DNA of 64,000 nt, taken from contig NC_086380.1 in the NCBI RefSeq assembly GCF_036588685.1, forward strand, positions 70,184,001 to 70,248,000. The letters are read 5' to 3'. This document shows, in pieces, positions 51,201 through 64,000 of this stretch. Position 1 is the first letter of the stretch; each line of letters opens with the position of its first letter. Below the pieces are notes generated by a model. That model saw nothing but the letters and a program-made list of their open reading frames with translations, ran no database searches and had not been told where the DNA came from. The DNA comes from Mytilus trossulus. Its lineage: Eukaryota. A program made the position numbers and the translations under genes.

Positions 51201-51944
51201 ATCGCAAAATATTGTTTACATCTTTTATTATCTACGGGGATACTCCAAGCTATCTGAATGACTGACTGATTAAAAAAAAATGTTTTGTGGAAAATGAATA
51301 CAAAATACCATCGATTGGTTAATACATTAACTATACTTAATCCTTACATACATAATGTGTGTTTTATATATTTTGATATGTTTAATTTTACCTCTTTATT
51401 CTGACTATATATCTTTTTAATGTTTTTTGTAAGAGTACATTTGATGAGTTTATTAAAATACACAAGTGTGTGAAAAAACTGTACGCTTCTTTTAGAGAAC
51501 TGAAAATTAATTTTGGAATCAGAAATAACTTTTATGACAATTTACCTTCCTGGTTATTTTATGGTCCCATCGAAGACGCATCATATAATAAGAGGTAAAT
51601 AATGCTTTTAACTTGCAATATTTCGTTAAAATGTGTAGTACGACATTGTTCTATGACTTTTAATTCGTAAAAAGTACTTAATTTTAATAGAGAACATCTT
51701 ATTTTCTGGTTTTACGTTTATGAAATCCTCCGCCAGTACCTGTGTCACAAATTAATCTTACCATATCTATTCATTTCCAGAGTGTTTCCTTCTCAAACGA
51801 GTTAGATTACTGGAGACAAACTTTATTTTTGTGTTATTGTCTTCTCAATCTCCCATACAGACAGAGTTGTTGTTCTTTCCTTCTCAGAATTGACTAACAA
51901 TCGACTTATACTTTATGATCAAATTCAATTTTGACTAATATATC

Positions 51945-53036
51945 TTGTTTATGCTTCGAACAGATAGAGTTAAAAAATGTAAGCATCATTTTGATTAAAC
52001 ATCCTAGTTAAACTAATCGTTGATATCATTTTTTTATATATAAAATGGTTAGATTGAGTCTTTAGTTTTCTATGTTGTGTATTCTGTACTACTATTTGTC
52101 TGTTTGTCTTTTTATTTTAGCCATGCCGTTATCAGTTTATTTTCAATCTATGAGTTTGTGTGTCCCTCTGGTATCTTTCGTCCCTCTTTTGAGACTATAA
52201 ATGTAGGATTCCCAGTTCGTATGTATATATACATGCATGTATTTAGCATATTTTATGTACGTTAAACTTATGTCAAATTCTCATGAGTTTTTTAATAATG
52301 TTATAAATTTGTTTATGCTTCGAACAGATAGAGTTAAAAAATGTAAGCATCATTTTGATTAAACATCCTAGTTAAACTAATCGTTGATATCATTTTTTTA
52401 TATATAAAATGGTTAGATTGAGTCTTTAGTTTTCTATGTTGTGTATTCTGTACTACTATTTGTCTGTTTGTCTTTTTATTTTAGCCATGCCGTTATCAGT
52501 TTATTTTCAATCTATGAGTTTGTGTGTCCCTCTGGTATCTTTCGTCCCTCTTTTGAGACTATAAATGTAGGATTCCCAGTTCGTATGTATATATACATGC
52601 ATGTATTTAGCATATTTTATGTACGTTAAACTTATGTCAAATTCTCATGAGTTTTTTAATAATGTTATAAATTTGTTTATGCTTCGAACAGATAGAGTTA
52701 AAAAATGTAAGCATCATTTTGATTAAACATCCTAGTTAAACTAATCGTTGATATCATTTTTTTATATATAAAATGGTTAGATTGAGTCTTTAGTTTTCTA
52801 TGTTGTGTATTCTGTACTACTATTTGTCTGTTTGTCTTTTTATTTTAGCCATGCCGTTATCAGTTTATTTTCAATCTATGAGTTTGTGTGTCCCTCTGGT
52901 ATCTTTCGTCCCTCTTTTGAGACTATAAATGTAGGATTCCCAGTTCGTATGTATATATACATGCATGTATTTAGCATATTTTATGTACGTTAAACTTATG
53001 TCAAATTCTCATGAGTTTTTTAATAATGTTATAAAT
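51945..53036. repeat. Exact 3 x 364-bp tandem triplication
   Basis: Units start at 51945, 52309, 52673; identical 62-aa ORF called three times; TTGTT microhomology at the junction. Confidence 0.95.
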
Positions 53037-54687
53037 TTGTTATATTCATAATGATAATATGATTATTAGAACAAATATTTCATGATAATTTGATTATTTG
53101 ATAATTGAAGACTGTATTTTTGAATATTTGATAATTGAGGTCTGCATTTTTAAATATTTGATAATCTTAATTGTTTAATAAAAAATATTTATGATTATGT
53201 GATTATATTGGCAAAAATATTTTGATTAAGTGGGGAGCCGCATTGTGTATATTGAATGTTGCAAACTGTTTTATGTATTTTTGTCTTTTCCACCTTTTGC
53301 CATTGTGGTCAATTAATTTTCCTTTGCTTCTGAATAATTTTTTTTTGTGATTTTTTACTCTTTTCTCATCATTATAAAATGTATAAGATTTGAAAGAGTA
53401 CTTTTTGTCATTTATTCAAAACTAAGCGCTAGAAACTGCTTTTGAGACGTCTGTCTATGTGTTTCTTTTGTAACGAAATCTGTCAGCACCTTTCTGATAT
53501 ATTCAAACAACTTGAAACCCCTCGTTTTTGTGTATATTTTAGTAAAAGTAACTTAATGAACCCATCATACATATATTTGGATTAAGTCATCTCCAATATA
53601 TGTAAATTAGAAAAAAAAATTAGGATGGTAATTTTATTGCCACAATTGCAAGGAATATATTTGCAAAATGATACTTGACAAACTTTTGACTGTAGTATGT
53701 AATGTAACATGTTCAGTAATTGTAATAATCCATATCGGATTGATGTCCAAATTCAACAGCAAGCATATACTGCTTTATAGGGGTTTGCATAATGTCCTAC
53801 TAATGACCCAGCCAGAATATTTGTTTTTTGCATAATATTACCTTGGTCATATTTAATATAATGAATTAGTTGCAATATTTACAGTGTTTCTCAATAACTT
53901 AAGTAAAAAATGTCAGAAATCGACGGATAATGAATTCGTCTTACTTTTTATTCCTCTTTGATTACATGTTAAGACATGACATAAAGTAAAAGTTATGTAC
54001 TAAGATGAACGAAATAGTCCAATCCTAGTTATTTATGATGTCGGGTTACACATGTTACAGTGCATAAAAGAGGGACAAAAGATATCAAAGGGACAGTCAA
54101 TAATAGACAAACCCTGCTACTTTGACAAGACGACAAACAGGTCGAATGAAGAAATCAGGAATCAATAGTTTTTTTTTTAAATCTAGGCATGTCATTTGGA
54201 GATTATTCTTAACATAACATGTTTTTACACTAGATGAACAAAAACAAGCAATAGAAGATTCCAAGTAAGTATATAAATTGACACTTTTTAATCAAACTCC
54301 ACATGCTCTTACGTCATAGTAACTCATATCAGACCACAATGCATTGTGGTTCTTAAATGTCGAACGGCTTATCCATATGGGGCAAACATACATTTTGTAT
54401 TTTGAATTACTATACAAACAGAATAGCAAACAGTGTACAGTATCAAAATGGTGTTGCGTACATAGCTGATTCAAAGCTAAATAATAGGCAAATATTTAGA
54501 ACACATTTATTATTTTTCAAATTTTGGCATGGATAGTCACTAAAACTTGATAATTAGTTTAAGGTTAACATGTATTATATAAGTCATCAAAAACGGACTT
54601 TGTTCTACCTTGACAATAATATTAAAGAATAAAAAGAGTTTCAATTTGAGTACATTACTACATTTATTTGATATAACATTACAGAAT

Positions 54688-56373
54688 ATGGCCAGTAACT
54701 TGGGTGTGTGTGGTGTTTGTGATCATCGTCACGTTACCAAATCATCAGTAGTCTGGTGTTCCGAATGTGATGAAGGACTTTGTGAAGACTGTAAGGAACA
54801 TCATAGCTTTTCAAAGGCAACAAGAAATCATGAAGTAGTTCCCATTGATGAATATATGAAGCTACCGGTAAAGATTTTGCAAATAGCGCAATTTTGCAAC
54901 AAGCATAACGAGAAATATGAACTCTTCTGTAGAAAACACGACTGTCCATGCTGTAGGAAATGTATAGAAGATCACAACGAATGTAAAGATTTAACAGATA
55001 TTAGGAACATGATCAGCAATGTCAAATCTTCAACTGCTTTCAAGGAAATCGAACGCACTTTGTCGGAAACTGCCGAAAACATGAAAAGAATCCGTAAAAT
55101 TCGTGAGGAAAACCTAGCATTACTTGCAGAAAAGATAAAGATTGTTGAATTGGAAGTTCAGCAATTTAGAAACAAAATAAATGAACATCTTGATAAACTT
55201 CAAGATGAGATATTGAAAGAAATAAAAATGGAGGAAGATAAAGAAAGTAGCAAAATTCGACAACTTGTGACGTCATTAAGACAGAGAGAAAAGGAGATTT
55301 TGCAATGCAAAGACAACATTGAAAATACAAAGCGGTATGGCTCTGACTTGCAATCATTCATTGCAATGAAACACATTGAAAAAGATATTATTAAAGAAGA
55401 GAATTATATTCAATCGATCAGCAAAAGCGAACAGTTGCATCAAATCGATATATCGTGGACGATAGATACAGCATTGCAGGAATTAACCACTGCCATGAAG
55501 ATGTTTGGAGAAGTTAATGTGAGTTCTAGTGCATGTGCGATATCAATCAAGAATAAAGGGAACATACAAGCTCAAATAATTGTACCTACAACAAACCATT
55601 TCGATAATTTTAGTCTCAAGTTAAAACAAACAATACAAACAAACTTGAAAGCTGTACGAGGGTGTACTTTCCTTCCTGATGGTAGAATAGTATTTTCAAG
55701 TATTTCAAGCAAACTAGTAAGAGTTATAAAGCCAGACGGTTCATTTGATTCCGATCTGAATATCATTGGGACGGTTTGGGACGTGGTCTACATTGGAGAT
55801 AATGATATAGCTGTTACGTCAGGTGGAGCAAGTTCAAATAAGATCAATATAATAGATGTACCAAACAGAAAAGTGAAAAAAGTATTGAATGTCAATTCCG
55901 CCAATACCGGAGTAACATTCAATGCTGGAAAGTTGATTTATTGTGCAGTAGATAAGGGACTAAAGATGATCAGTCTCTGTAATGAATCTATCACCAGTAT
56001 CACCACTAGTAAAATGTCAAGTGATGCTTGCGTAGCTTTCCAAGGTGACAAGCTGTTCTACGCAAACGAAGATAATCACAATGTCACATGTTGTGATATC
56101 CAAGGTAAGATACTGTGGACATTCAATAAAGAAAGTACTCTATCCTATCCAATGGGTATATCTGTCGACAATGATGGGAATGTATATGTAGCGGGTTTTA
56201 TATCTCACAACGTGGTCGTTATTTCCACAGATGGTCAACGCTATAGACAACTATTATCGGAGAAAGATGGACTTCACTGTCCATCAGCTGTGGAGTACGA
56301 CCGAACGAACAATAAACTTCTAGTTGCTGATCGTTACGGAAGCGCTTTCGTGTATGATGTAATAGGACAATAA
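54688..56373 (+). CDS. TRIM-like RING-less B-box/coiled-coil/NHL-repeat protein, copy C (intact, 561 aa, single coding exon)
   Basis: Acceptor TTACAG 3 nt before ATG GCC AGT AAC (conserved in paralogs); B-box1 CGVC..CSECDEGLCEDCKEHH..H; B-box2 CNKH..LFCRKHDCPCCRKC..H; coiled coil; NHL motif PMGISVDNDGNVYVAG. Confidence 0.93.
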   Translation: MASNLGVCGVCDHRHVTKSSVVWCSECDEGLCEDCKEHHSFSKATRNHEVVPIDEYMKLPVKILQIAQFCNKHNEKYELFCRKHDCPCCRKCIEDHNECKDLTDIRNMISNVKSSTAFKEIERTLSETAENMKRIRKIREENLALLAEKIKIVELEVQQFRNKINEHLDKLQDEILKEIKMEEDKESSKIRQLVTSLRQREKEILQCKDNIENTKRYGSDLQSFIAMKHIEKDIIKEENYIQSISKSEQLHQIDISWTIDTALQELTTAMKMFGEVNVSSSACAISIKNKGNIQAQIIVPTTNHFDNFSLKLKQTIQTNLKAVRGCTFLPDGRIVFSSISSKLVRVIKPDGSFDSDLNIIGTVWDVVYIGDNDIAVTSGGASSNKINIIDVPNRKVKKVLNVNSANTGVTFNAGKLIYCAVDKGLKMISLCNESITSITTSKMSSDACVAFQGDKLFYANEDNHNVTCCDIQGKILWTFNKESTLSYPMGISVDNDGNVYVAGFISHNVVVISTDGQRYRQLLSEKDGLHCPSAVEYDRTNNKLLVADRYGSAFVYDVIGQ

Positions 56374-57719
56374 GCTTTGTTTAATGGATTCTTGTTGATA
56401 TAACAGTCCTTGTATCAGTGCGTATTGATTCTCTGTTAAAAGAGTATATGTAGTGTAGGGTCTTTAATATCCTAATGAAATTCATTAAATATATTTTGTA
56501 TTTTTTTTTAAATGTAAGACAAACATTTTTTTGGCTTATTTTGCCATCATCAAGTCGCATAAATGGACAAACAAGATTATGTGATTAATGTCATATCAAA
56601 GTTAGTTAAGTAAAAAAAAAGAAGATGTGATATGATTTTCAAGGAGACATCTCCCCAGATGAGACCAAAATGACACCTAAATTAGTAACTAAGGTTCAGT
56701 ATAAAGTTTTGTTTCAAGAGGTGGTATAAACTTTGTAACATATTTAAAGGGAAAACTCATATATTGAAAACAAAAAATCTCCAAAAGGTCGTATTAAACA
56801 TATGATTACAACCAGCAGTTTTATTTGCAATAATGCTTAAATTTACAGTATCCCATATTCATATGTTAAATATTGAAAGGTAAGGAATATTTCAAAAACC
56901 GCTTTGAAAAGTACAATTACAAAAATGCCGAACTCAAGTAAAAATCAAAAGGATAAGTCCCATATCGAATGGCAGAATCAAGAACTAACACACATAAAAT
57001 GAATGGAACATAAACGTCATATTCCTGACTTTGCACAGGAATTTCGGTCTGTAGAAAATTGTTAATTAAACCTGGTTTTAACGTAAACTAAACCTTTCAT
57101 TAGAATAACAGCCGCAAACAATTTCAATATTATTGATATTGACAATATATTTTGAGTAAAATAAACAACAAAAATTAAGTAACAACATCAAAAATTGAGG
57201 GACAACGGTCAATATTTTTTTACAATTTTAAACACTTATAACAACGAGCTAAAAGTATATGAACAAATAACAAAGTAAAAAAAAACACATATATACACTC
57301 TATACACAAAGCACATATCAAAACAAATCAAAGCAAGAATACAATAATTGATTACATTAATAGCGAGATGTATAAATACTGAAAAAAGTAAAATCACAAA
57401 AATACTGAACCCAGAGGAAAATCTAATCGGAAAGTCCATAATCACATGGCAAAATCAAATAACTAAACACATCAAAAACGAATGAACAAGAACTGTCATA
57501 ATTCTGACTTAGTAGAGGCATTTCTAAATGTAAAAAATGGTGGATAGAACCTGGGTTTATAGAGCTTAACCTCTCACTTGAACTGACCCATAATGAAGAT
57601 TAACAAAAAATACTGAACGGTAAATGTTAAGAATCTAAAAAGACAAATGAAAAATATAATGACACGAAATTACGACAATCAACAACATGAATCAATAATT
57701 CAATACTAGCATGTATCAT

Positions 57720-58240
57720 TTGTAAAGTTGATACTGGATACCTATCAACAAGGTTGGTATCTTCTGATTTACAATTGTAAGAGAAAATACCTTCTGCTCA
57801 GACGCTTTTATAAATTATGAGGAGCAACAGCATACCTTGAATACCGACGGAGATTGCAAATGTACAAACCATATCTAAATGTATGCAAAGCCAATATATA
57901 TCGCTGCCAAGGTGGGGGAATTTATCATTTCCAGATGAAAATCGTGCCGTTTGCTATAGATTCAGTACTGAGATGTATCAGTTTTAAAATGAGGCGATGG
58001 AAGTCGTATCTGCTGTTTCATTAGGATGAAACCCAATTGGAAAAGTTCGAATTGGTAATGGAAAAATATCATCATTGTTTCTGAATGTGAAATAAAATGA
58101 TCTTGCTCCTTTGATCTTTGAGTGTCTGGGGAACTCATATGAAAATAAGAAGATGTCGGCAGGAAGAGTTGCACAGTTCGTTCTAATAAGAATGCAGACA
58201 ACTTGTCTTAAAAAGTCTACCCCCAAATTCAACAAATTTG
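57720..58240 (-). mobile_element. Penelope-like RT remnant co-duplicated with the TRIM unit (paralogous to 40250-40730 and ~63650-63875)
   Basis: RQVVCILIRTNCATLPADIFLFSYE...ARSFYFTFRNNDDIF...ETADTTSIASF resembles PLE RT motifs 4-6 with the YxDD motif decayed. Confidence 0.75.
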
Positions 58241-60988
58241 TTGTCAGTTGGAAACGCGAACAATTCTGATCGTTTGTTCGTCGGGGTAGTATGTTTCGTT
58301 ATTTTTTCAATTAAAGACTTTGTTAAATATGTTATCAACTATAAGCGTTATAAAATACGATTTTTTATAACGGACGTCAAAAATATATCTAATGACAACA
58401 GAAACATAAGTGAAAGAAGTCAACAAAATTAAGATAAGACTGATGAATAGAAGAGTTACAATCCAGTCAACTAAACAATTTAGGTTTCAGGTGCTCATTC
58501 AGCTTTTATTTTCTGACCTTCGTTATCATTTTCTTGATGTAAATAAAGGTATGCGACAGACAAAAAGTATATTTGTGTTTTTCAAATTCGGTGGACAATA
58601 TGCCGTCAAAAGAGTCATCGAACTTTGATTTGTTAAATAAGATAACATCATCTATACAGCGAAACAGAATCTATTGAGTGAAGTCTAACGCTAATGAACA
58701 AAGAAATGTCGTCAAAGAGAGGAGCACAGTAAGTTCACAAGCTTAGTTTTCTTGTGAAATACAGATGGTCTCGTCTATGATGTTTTTTACTGGAAGATAT
58801 TGAAAATTCATTGTCCCAAGGTTTAAATATAAAAGAGAAAAATCATATTTTTTTTATTCAGTTCATGGTCAAGCATATTGATAGCTGTGCGAAGAAACAA
58901 TTCAAAAATAGGTATTGATTCGAATCGATGGAGTAAAAATTGTACCTTCCTTTTAAAAAAAAAACAATGTGCCAAAAAAACGTATTATGCGGTATAAGTA
59001 CTAGGGGATACAATTTACAATGGAGACAATATACAAAATGAAAATTAGAAAAAAAAAACATTTTTAAAAATGAAGAAAAGCCTTTGAGTATAGAAAGCTA
59101 GTCAATGACTAGCTTTAACAAAAGAAACACGTCTTGCCTTTTTGTACTTTAATAGCATTATGTAAATCTGCTAATAAGTCAGCGCAGTGAACTATAATCG
59201 AGGAACAACATTTTTTTCCAACATTTAAATGAGATCTGCTAATGCTGAAACTACAGAAAGTAAAATATCAATGTCTAATCATTAGTGTTTCCGAAAAAAA
59301 ATAATCGCATAGTGTAGAACTGAAACTATTCAAAAGTCATTGAACCATAACCGAACACGCAGAGCCAAAAACAAAACATAAAACAAGCCTACAACCATTA
59401 CTACTAATTGATTACAGGTAATTTCTTGACGAAATGTTTTAAATATGCTATACAAATTTAGATGATTTTTTACTTTATATTCACGTTTATTACTCTATGG
59501 TAAATTCATTGTCATAATAAATTTGAACAATAAATTGTTCAGTTTAGTATTTTTGACCAAATAATTACCTGGCCTGGTCATTTCAGTGCAATGCAAATTT
59601 ACTTATACTGCATATTCCCGTTTTAAAAGTCAATTCAGTAAAGGTGATAGATATAAAGGACAACGGGTTGTCGCATTTAGTCAGATAAGAAGTAGAATGG
59701 ACATTTCCTGCTTTCAGGGAGATTGTTATTTACATGTACCCAGTAATACTTGTTGTCAGTCTAGCCTATACGAATAAAGGGCGATATTGAAAATCCTTTC
59801 AAGAGATCAAATCTTAATTACACAAAACATTATCCTAGTCCATTACATTCTTTTGGGTTTTTTTATTTTTCGTTTATTCGTTTTTTAAGTGGTAATCCTA
59901 GCTTTATCCGATTAAAATTGGAATCTTGTATATCGTGGATTGTTTAAAAAAAAGTTTGAAAATTACCGCCACAATACGTTAGATATATAATGTAAATATG
60001 ATCACATGACAAAATAACGTCCTATCTTTATCTATGGTTTTGTTGTACGCCCATCATATATTTGAGGTATGTTAGTATTATAACTGAATACTTTACATTC
60101 AAATCTGAAGGATTTTTTTCATGTTTTTCCTTTAGGCATACTTATTTCTTACCTATAACATATTATTTGCTACCTTTTGATTAATAAAATACATTGCAGT
60201 TTGATAATGTGACCATACAAAACATATCTATTCAACAGATATTTCCGTTTTGCCTTTCTCTAACACGTAGGTGGTTGTTGAAAGGGAGATATGTAAATTT
60301 CTCTCTTCATTCTACTTTTCCACATACTTCAATTTCTGATTTGAATTTAAGCTCAAAGACTTATTGTGTCAGTTCGAATTCTAGTTAAAATCAATTTGGG
60401 TCAAATAAAATATGATATTGTATAATTTGTCCACTGATTTCTACTTGTGAAGAAATTTCACACAAGTATACATACATAATATCTCAATTTTCGAGATGAA
60501 AAACTATTAAACAGGTATTTATGTTATGATGTTATGCTATTGTTTCAGAAAAAGGGAGAAGGTTTTGTACCATTAAAACGTTTAATCCCGCTGCAAATAT
60601 TTGCATCTGTCCTAAGTCAGGAATCTGATGTATAGTAGTTGTCGTTTGTTTATGTAATTTATACGTGGTTCTCGTTTCTCGTTTTTCTTATAGATTAGGC
60701 CGTTGGTTTTCCCGTTTGAATGGTTTTACACTAGTTATTTTGGGGCCCTTTATAGCTTGTTGTTCGGTGGAAGGCCGTGCATTGAACTATAATGGTTTAC
60801 TTTTATAAATTATTATTTGGATGGAGAATTGTCTCATTGGCACTCATACCACATCTTCCTATATCTATTTATATTCATAGATGGAGATTAATTCGAAGAC
60901 TCAAAATGTCTGAAATTAACTTGAACTAGTCATGACTGTATTGCATTGTTATCATAGTTGATTAATCTTGATACCATATTTCAGAAGC

Positions 60989-62637
60989 ATGGCCAGTAAC
61001 TCGAGTATTTGTGGTGTCTGTGATCATCGTCACGTGACAAAACATTCAGTAGTCTGGTGTGTCGAATGTGATGAAGGACTTTGCAAAGATTGTAAGGAAC
61101 ATCATAGCTTTTCAAAGAGTTCAAGAAGTCATGAAACGAACCCAATTTCCGAATATCTTAAGCTACCAGCAAATATTTTGCAAATAGCGCAATTTTGCAA
61201 CAAACATAACGAAAAATACAACCTTTTCTGTAGAAAACACGACTGCCCATGCTGTAAGGGATGTGTAGAGGATCACAACGGCTGTAAAGATTTAACTTAT
61301 ATCAGGAATATGGTCCACAATGTAAAATCGTCAATTGCATTTTAGCAAATCGAAAGCACTTTGTCAGAAACCGCCGATAATATTAAAATAGTCCGTGTCA
61401 ATCGCGAGGAAAATTTGGCATCACTAGCAGAGAAAAGAAAGAGTGTTCAATATCGACTCAAAATTAATAATCACCTTGATAAACTTCAAGATAACATCTT
61501 GAGGGAAATTAATGCGGTGGAAGAAAAAGAAAGTAGCAAAATTCAACAACTACTGACGTCATTATTTAATACAAATAGAAATAAATATTTTACAATACAA
61601 AGATAGCATTGAAATCATTTATTGCAATAAAACAAAAAGAAAAGGATATTTTTAAAGAAGAGAGTTATATCCAATCGATCAGCAAAAGTGAACAATTGCA
61701 TCACATTGATATATCGTGGACGTTAGATACAGCATTGCAGGAATTAATCACCACCATGAAGACGTTTGGAAAAGTTGTTTTGGATTCCAGTGCATGTAAT
61801 ATACCAATTCATAATAAAGGAAACATACAAGCTCAGATAATTGTACCTCCGCAAACAAACAAGTTTGATAAAGTTAGTCTCAAGTTTAAACAAACAATAC
61901 AAACAAAGCTGACAAGCGTCCGAGGCTGTACTTTCCTCCCTGATGGTAAGATGGTATTAGCGTGTCGAAGTCCTAGTAATCAGATGAAGGTGTTCAATCC
62001 AGACGGATCAGTAGATTTCGATCTGAAAGAAATTGGATTTGTTTGTGACGTGGAATATGTGGGAGATAATTCGGTAGCTGTAACATATGGTAGAAAATCC
62101 TTAAAAATTAATATTATCGATGTTCAAACCAGAAAACTAATGAAAGCATTGTACGTCGGCTCTAGCAACAATGGAGTAACATTCAAAGGTGGAAAATTGA
62201 TTTATTGTGCAGGAGATCAGGGACTAAACATGATCAGTCTCAGTAATGAATCTATCACCAGTATCACCACTACTAAAATGTCAAGTGATGCCTGTGTAGC
62301 TTCCCAAGGTAACAAGCTGTTCTACACAAACGAAGATAATCACAATGTCAAATGTTGTGATATCCAAGGTAAAACACTGTGGACATTCAAGGAAAAACGT
62401 ACTCTATCCTATCCAATGGGTATATCTGTCGATAATGGTGGGAATGTATATGTAGCGGGATTTTCGTCTCACAATGTGGTCGTTATTTCCACAGATGGTC
62501 AACGCTGTAGACAACTTTTATCGGCGAAAGATGGTCTTCACTGTCCATCAGCTGTTGTGTACGATCGAACGAACAATAAACTTCTAATTTCTAATTATAA
62601 CGGAAGCGCTTTTGTGTATGATGCAGTAGGAGAATAA
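60989..62637 (+). pseudogene. TRIM-like copy D, pseudogene
   Basis: Same architecture as copy C; TAG at 61343-61345, ~15-nt deletion near 61445, +4 insertion near 61563 and ~29-nt deletion near 61613 (frameshifts). Confidence 0.9.
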
Positions 62638-63916
62638 GTTATGTTTAATGGTCTCGTATTGATATAACAGTCCTCGTCTCAATGCGCACTGATTCTCTGT
62701 TTACAGAGTATATATATTGTCGGGTCTTTTTATATCTTAATAAAATTCATAAAGTATATTTTGTATTTTTGAATGCATGACAAAATTTATCTTGGCTTCT
62801 TTTGTCATCATCAAATTGCATAAAGAGACAAAAAAGCTTATGTGAATGATGTAATATAAAAATAAATTAAGGTTCAGTATAAAGTTTTGTTTCAAGAGGT
62901 GGTATAGACTTTGTTTGAATTTAGCAGTCTTTTGTTTTTTTGCAATTATGCTTAAATTTACAGTAGACAAGATCCAAAGATTGAATATTTAAAAATAAGG
63001 ATTATTTCAAATAGCGCTACCAAAACTGCAATAACAAAAATGCCAATCTCAAATAAAAATCAAAAGGATAAGTCCATTATTAAAATGCAGAATCAAGTAC
63101 TGAAACACATCAAATATATGGACCACAACTGTCATATTCCTGACTTTGCACGTGAATTCCGATCTGTAGCTAATGGTTAATTAAACCTGGTTTTAAAATA
63201 AGCTAAACCTTTCACTTGTATTGCAGCCGCAAACAATTCCATTATTGATAATGTTGACTATATAGTGTGAGTAAAACGAACAAAATTATTAAGTAACAAC
63301 GTCAAAAATTGTGGAAAAGCAGTCAACATTGTTTAACAATCTTCAACACTTATAACAACTATGTGAACAAAGAAAAAAGTAAAAAGAATAAAAATTATAT
63401 ACACTCTATAGACAAAGAACATACCAAAACAAAAAAAGCAAGAATATAATAATTGATCACATTATAATTGACACAATAAAGAAATAGCGAGATGTATAAA
63501 TACTGAGCCACAATGAAGATTACCAAAAAAAGAACGAACAGTCAAGGTTAAGAATATAAAAAGACAAATGAAAAGAACATTGTGACACGAAATTACGATG
63601 ATCAACAACGTAAATACCTTGAATAAATATGTCAAGACTATCATGTATCATTTGTAAAGTTGACACTGAATACCTATCAATAAGGTCTAGGGTCTAGGTA
63701 TCTTACGATCTACTTTTTTAAGGAAAAAATACCTTCTGCTCAGACCTATTCATAAAGTATGAGTAGCAAATGCAAGCTCTTGAATACCGAATGAGTTCGG
63801 AAAGGTATAAACCATATATATATTTATATGTATGCAAAACCCATAAATTTCGCTGCTAAGGTGGGGGAATTTATTATTCAAGGAATGACTGTAATCTTTT
63901 TTTCTGTCTATTAAGA

Positions 63917-63999
63917 AATAACATCAAAAAGGTGGTGCACACTGAAAAACCCGATTAGCAGGTTATTTTAAAGTGTGCACCACTTTTTTTATGTTATTT
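63917..63999. repeat. Long hairpin, probably part of a foldback element cut by the window edge
   Basis: AATAACATCAAAAAGGTGGTGCACACT / AGTGTGCACCACTTTTTTTATGTTATT. Confidence 0.6.
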
Positions 64000-64000
64000 C

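Noticed and set aside
52077-52993. Three identical 62-aa ORFs
   Set aside because: By-product of the 364-bp triplication; non-ATG start and no coding features
54610-54687. N-terminal extensions of TRIM ORFs in the track (also 46477-46524, 60968-60988)
   Set aside because: Not conserved among paralogs and each ends in a splice acceptor; the true start is the MASN ATG

Overview
AT-rich eukaryotic (spliceosomal-intron) genomic DNA. Gene families and repeats point to a bivalve mollusc, most likely Mytilus (inference). There are three gene systems. (1) A five-exon + strand gene (3484-15516, 438 aa) that the ORF track shows only in fragments; I rebuilt it from phase-compatible GT-AG junctions and a TATA/Inr promoter. 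It ends in a small Tudor/BAH/PWWP-like beta-barrel domain and I cannot assign it to a family. (2) A convergent - strand secreted tyrosinase (type-3 copper; coding exons 29806-29450, 27086-26974, 22405-19369) carrying a ~500-aa Gly/His-rich decapeptide repeat block with one in-frame TGA. (3) A tandem array of four RING-less B-box/coiled-coil/NHL (TRIM-like) genes (~38-62.6 kb): one intact, one whose only lesion is a TGA at a conserved Cys, and two clear pseudogenes. Introns and spacers are packed with non-autonomous DNA elements whose TIRs and TSDs can be read directly (MULE-like, PIF/Harbinger, Tc1/mariner, IS3EU-like, Kolobok-like, Helentron/HINE). There are also two decayed Tc1 transposases, Penelope-like RT remnants, six copies of a hammerhead-ribozyme repeat (one with an intact core) and several tandem repeats. 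Superfamily assignments rest on terminal and TSD patterns only; no database search was run.
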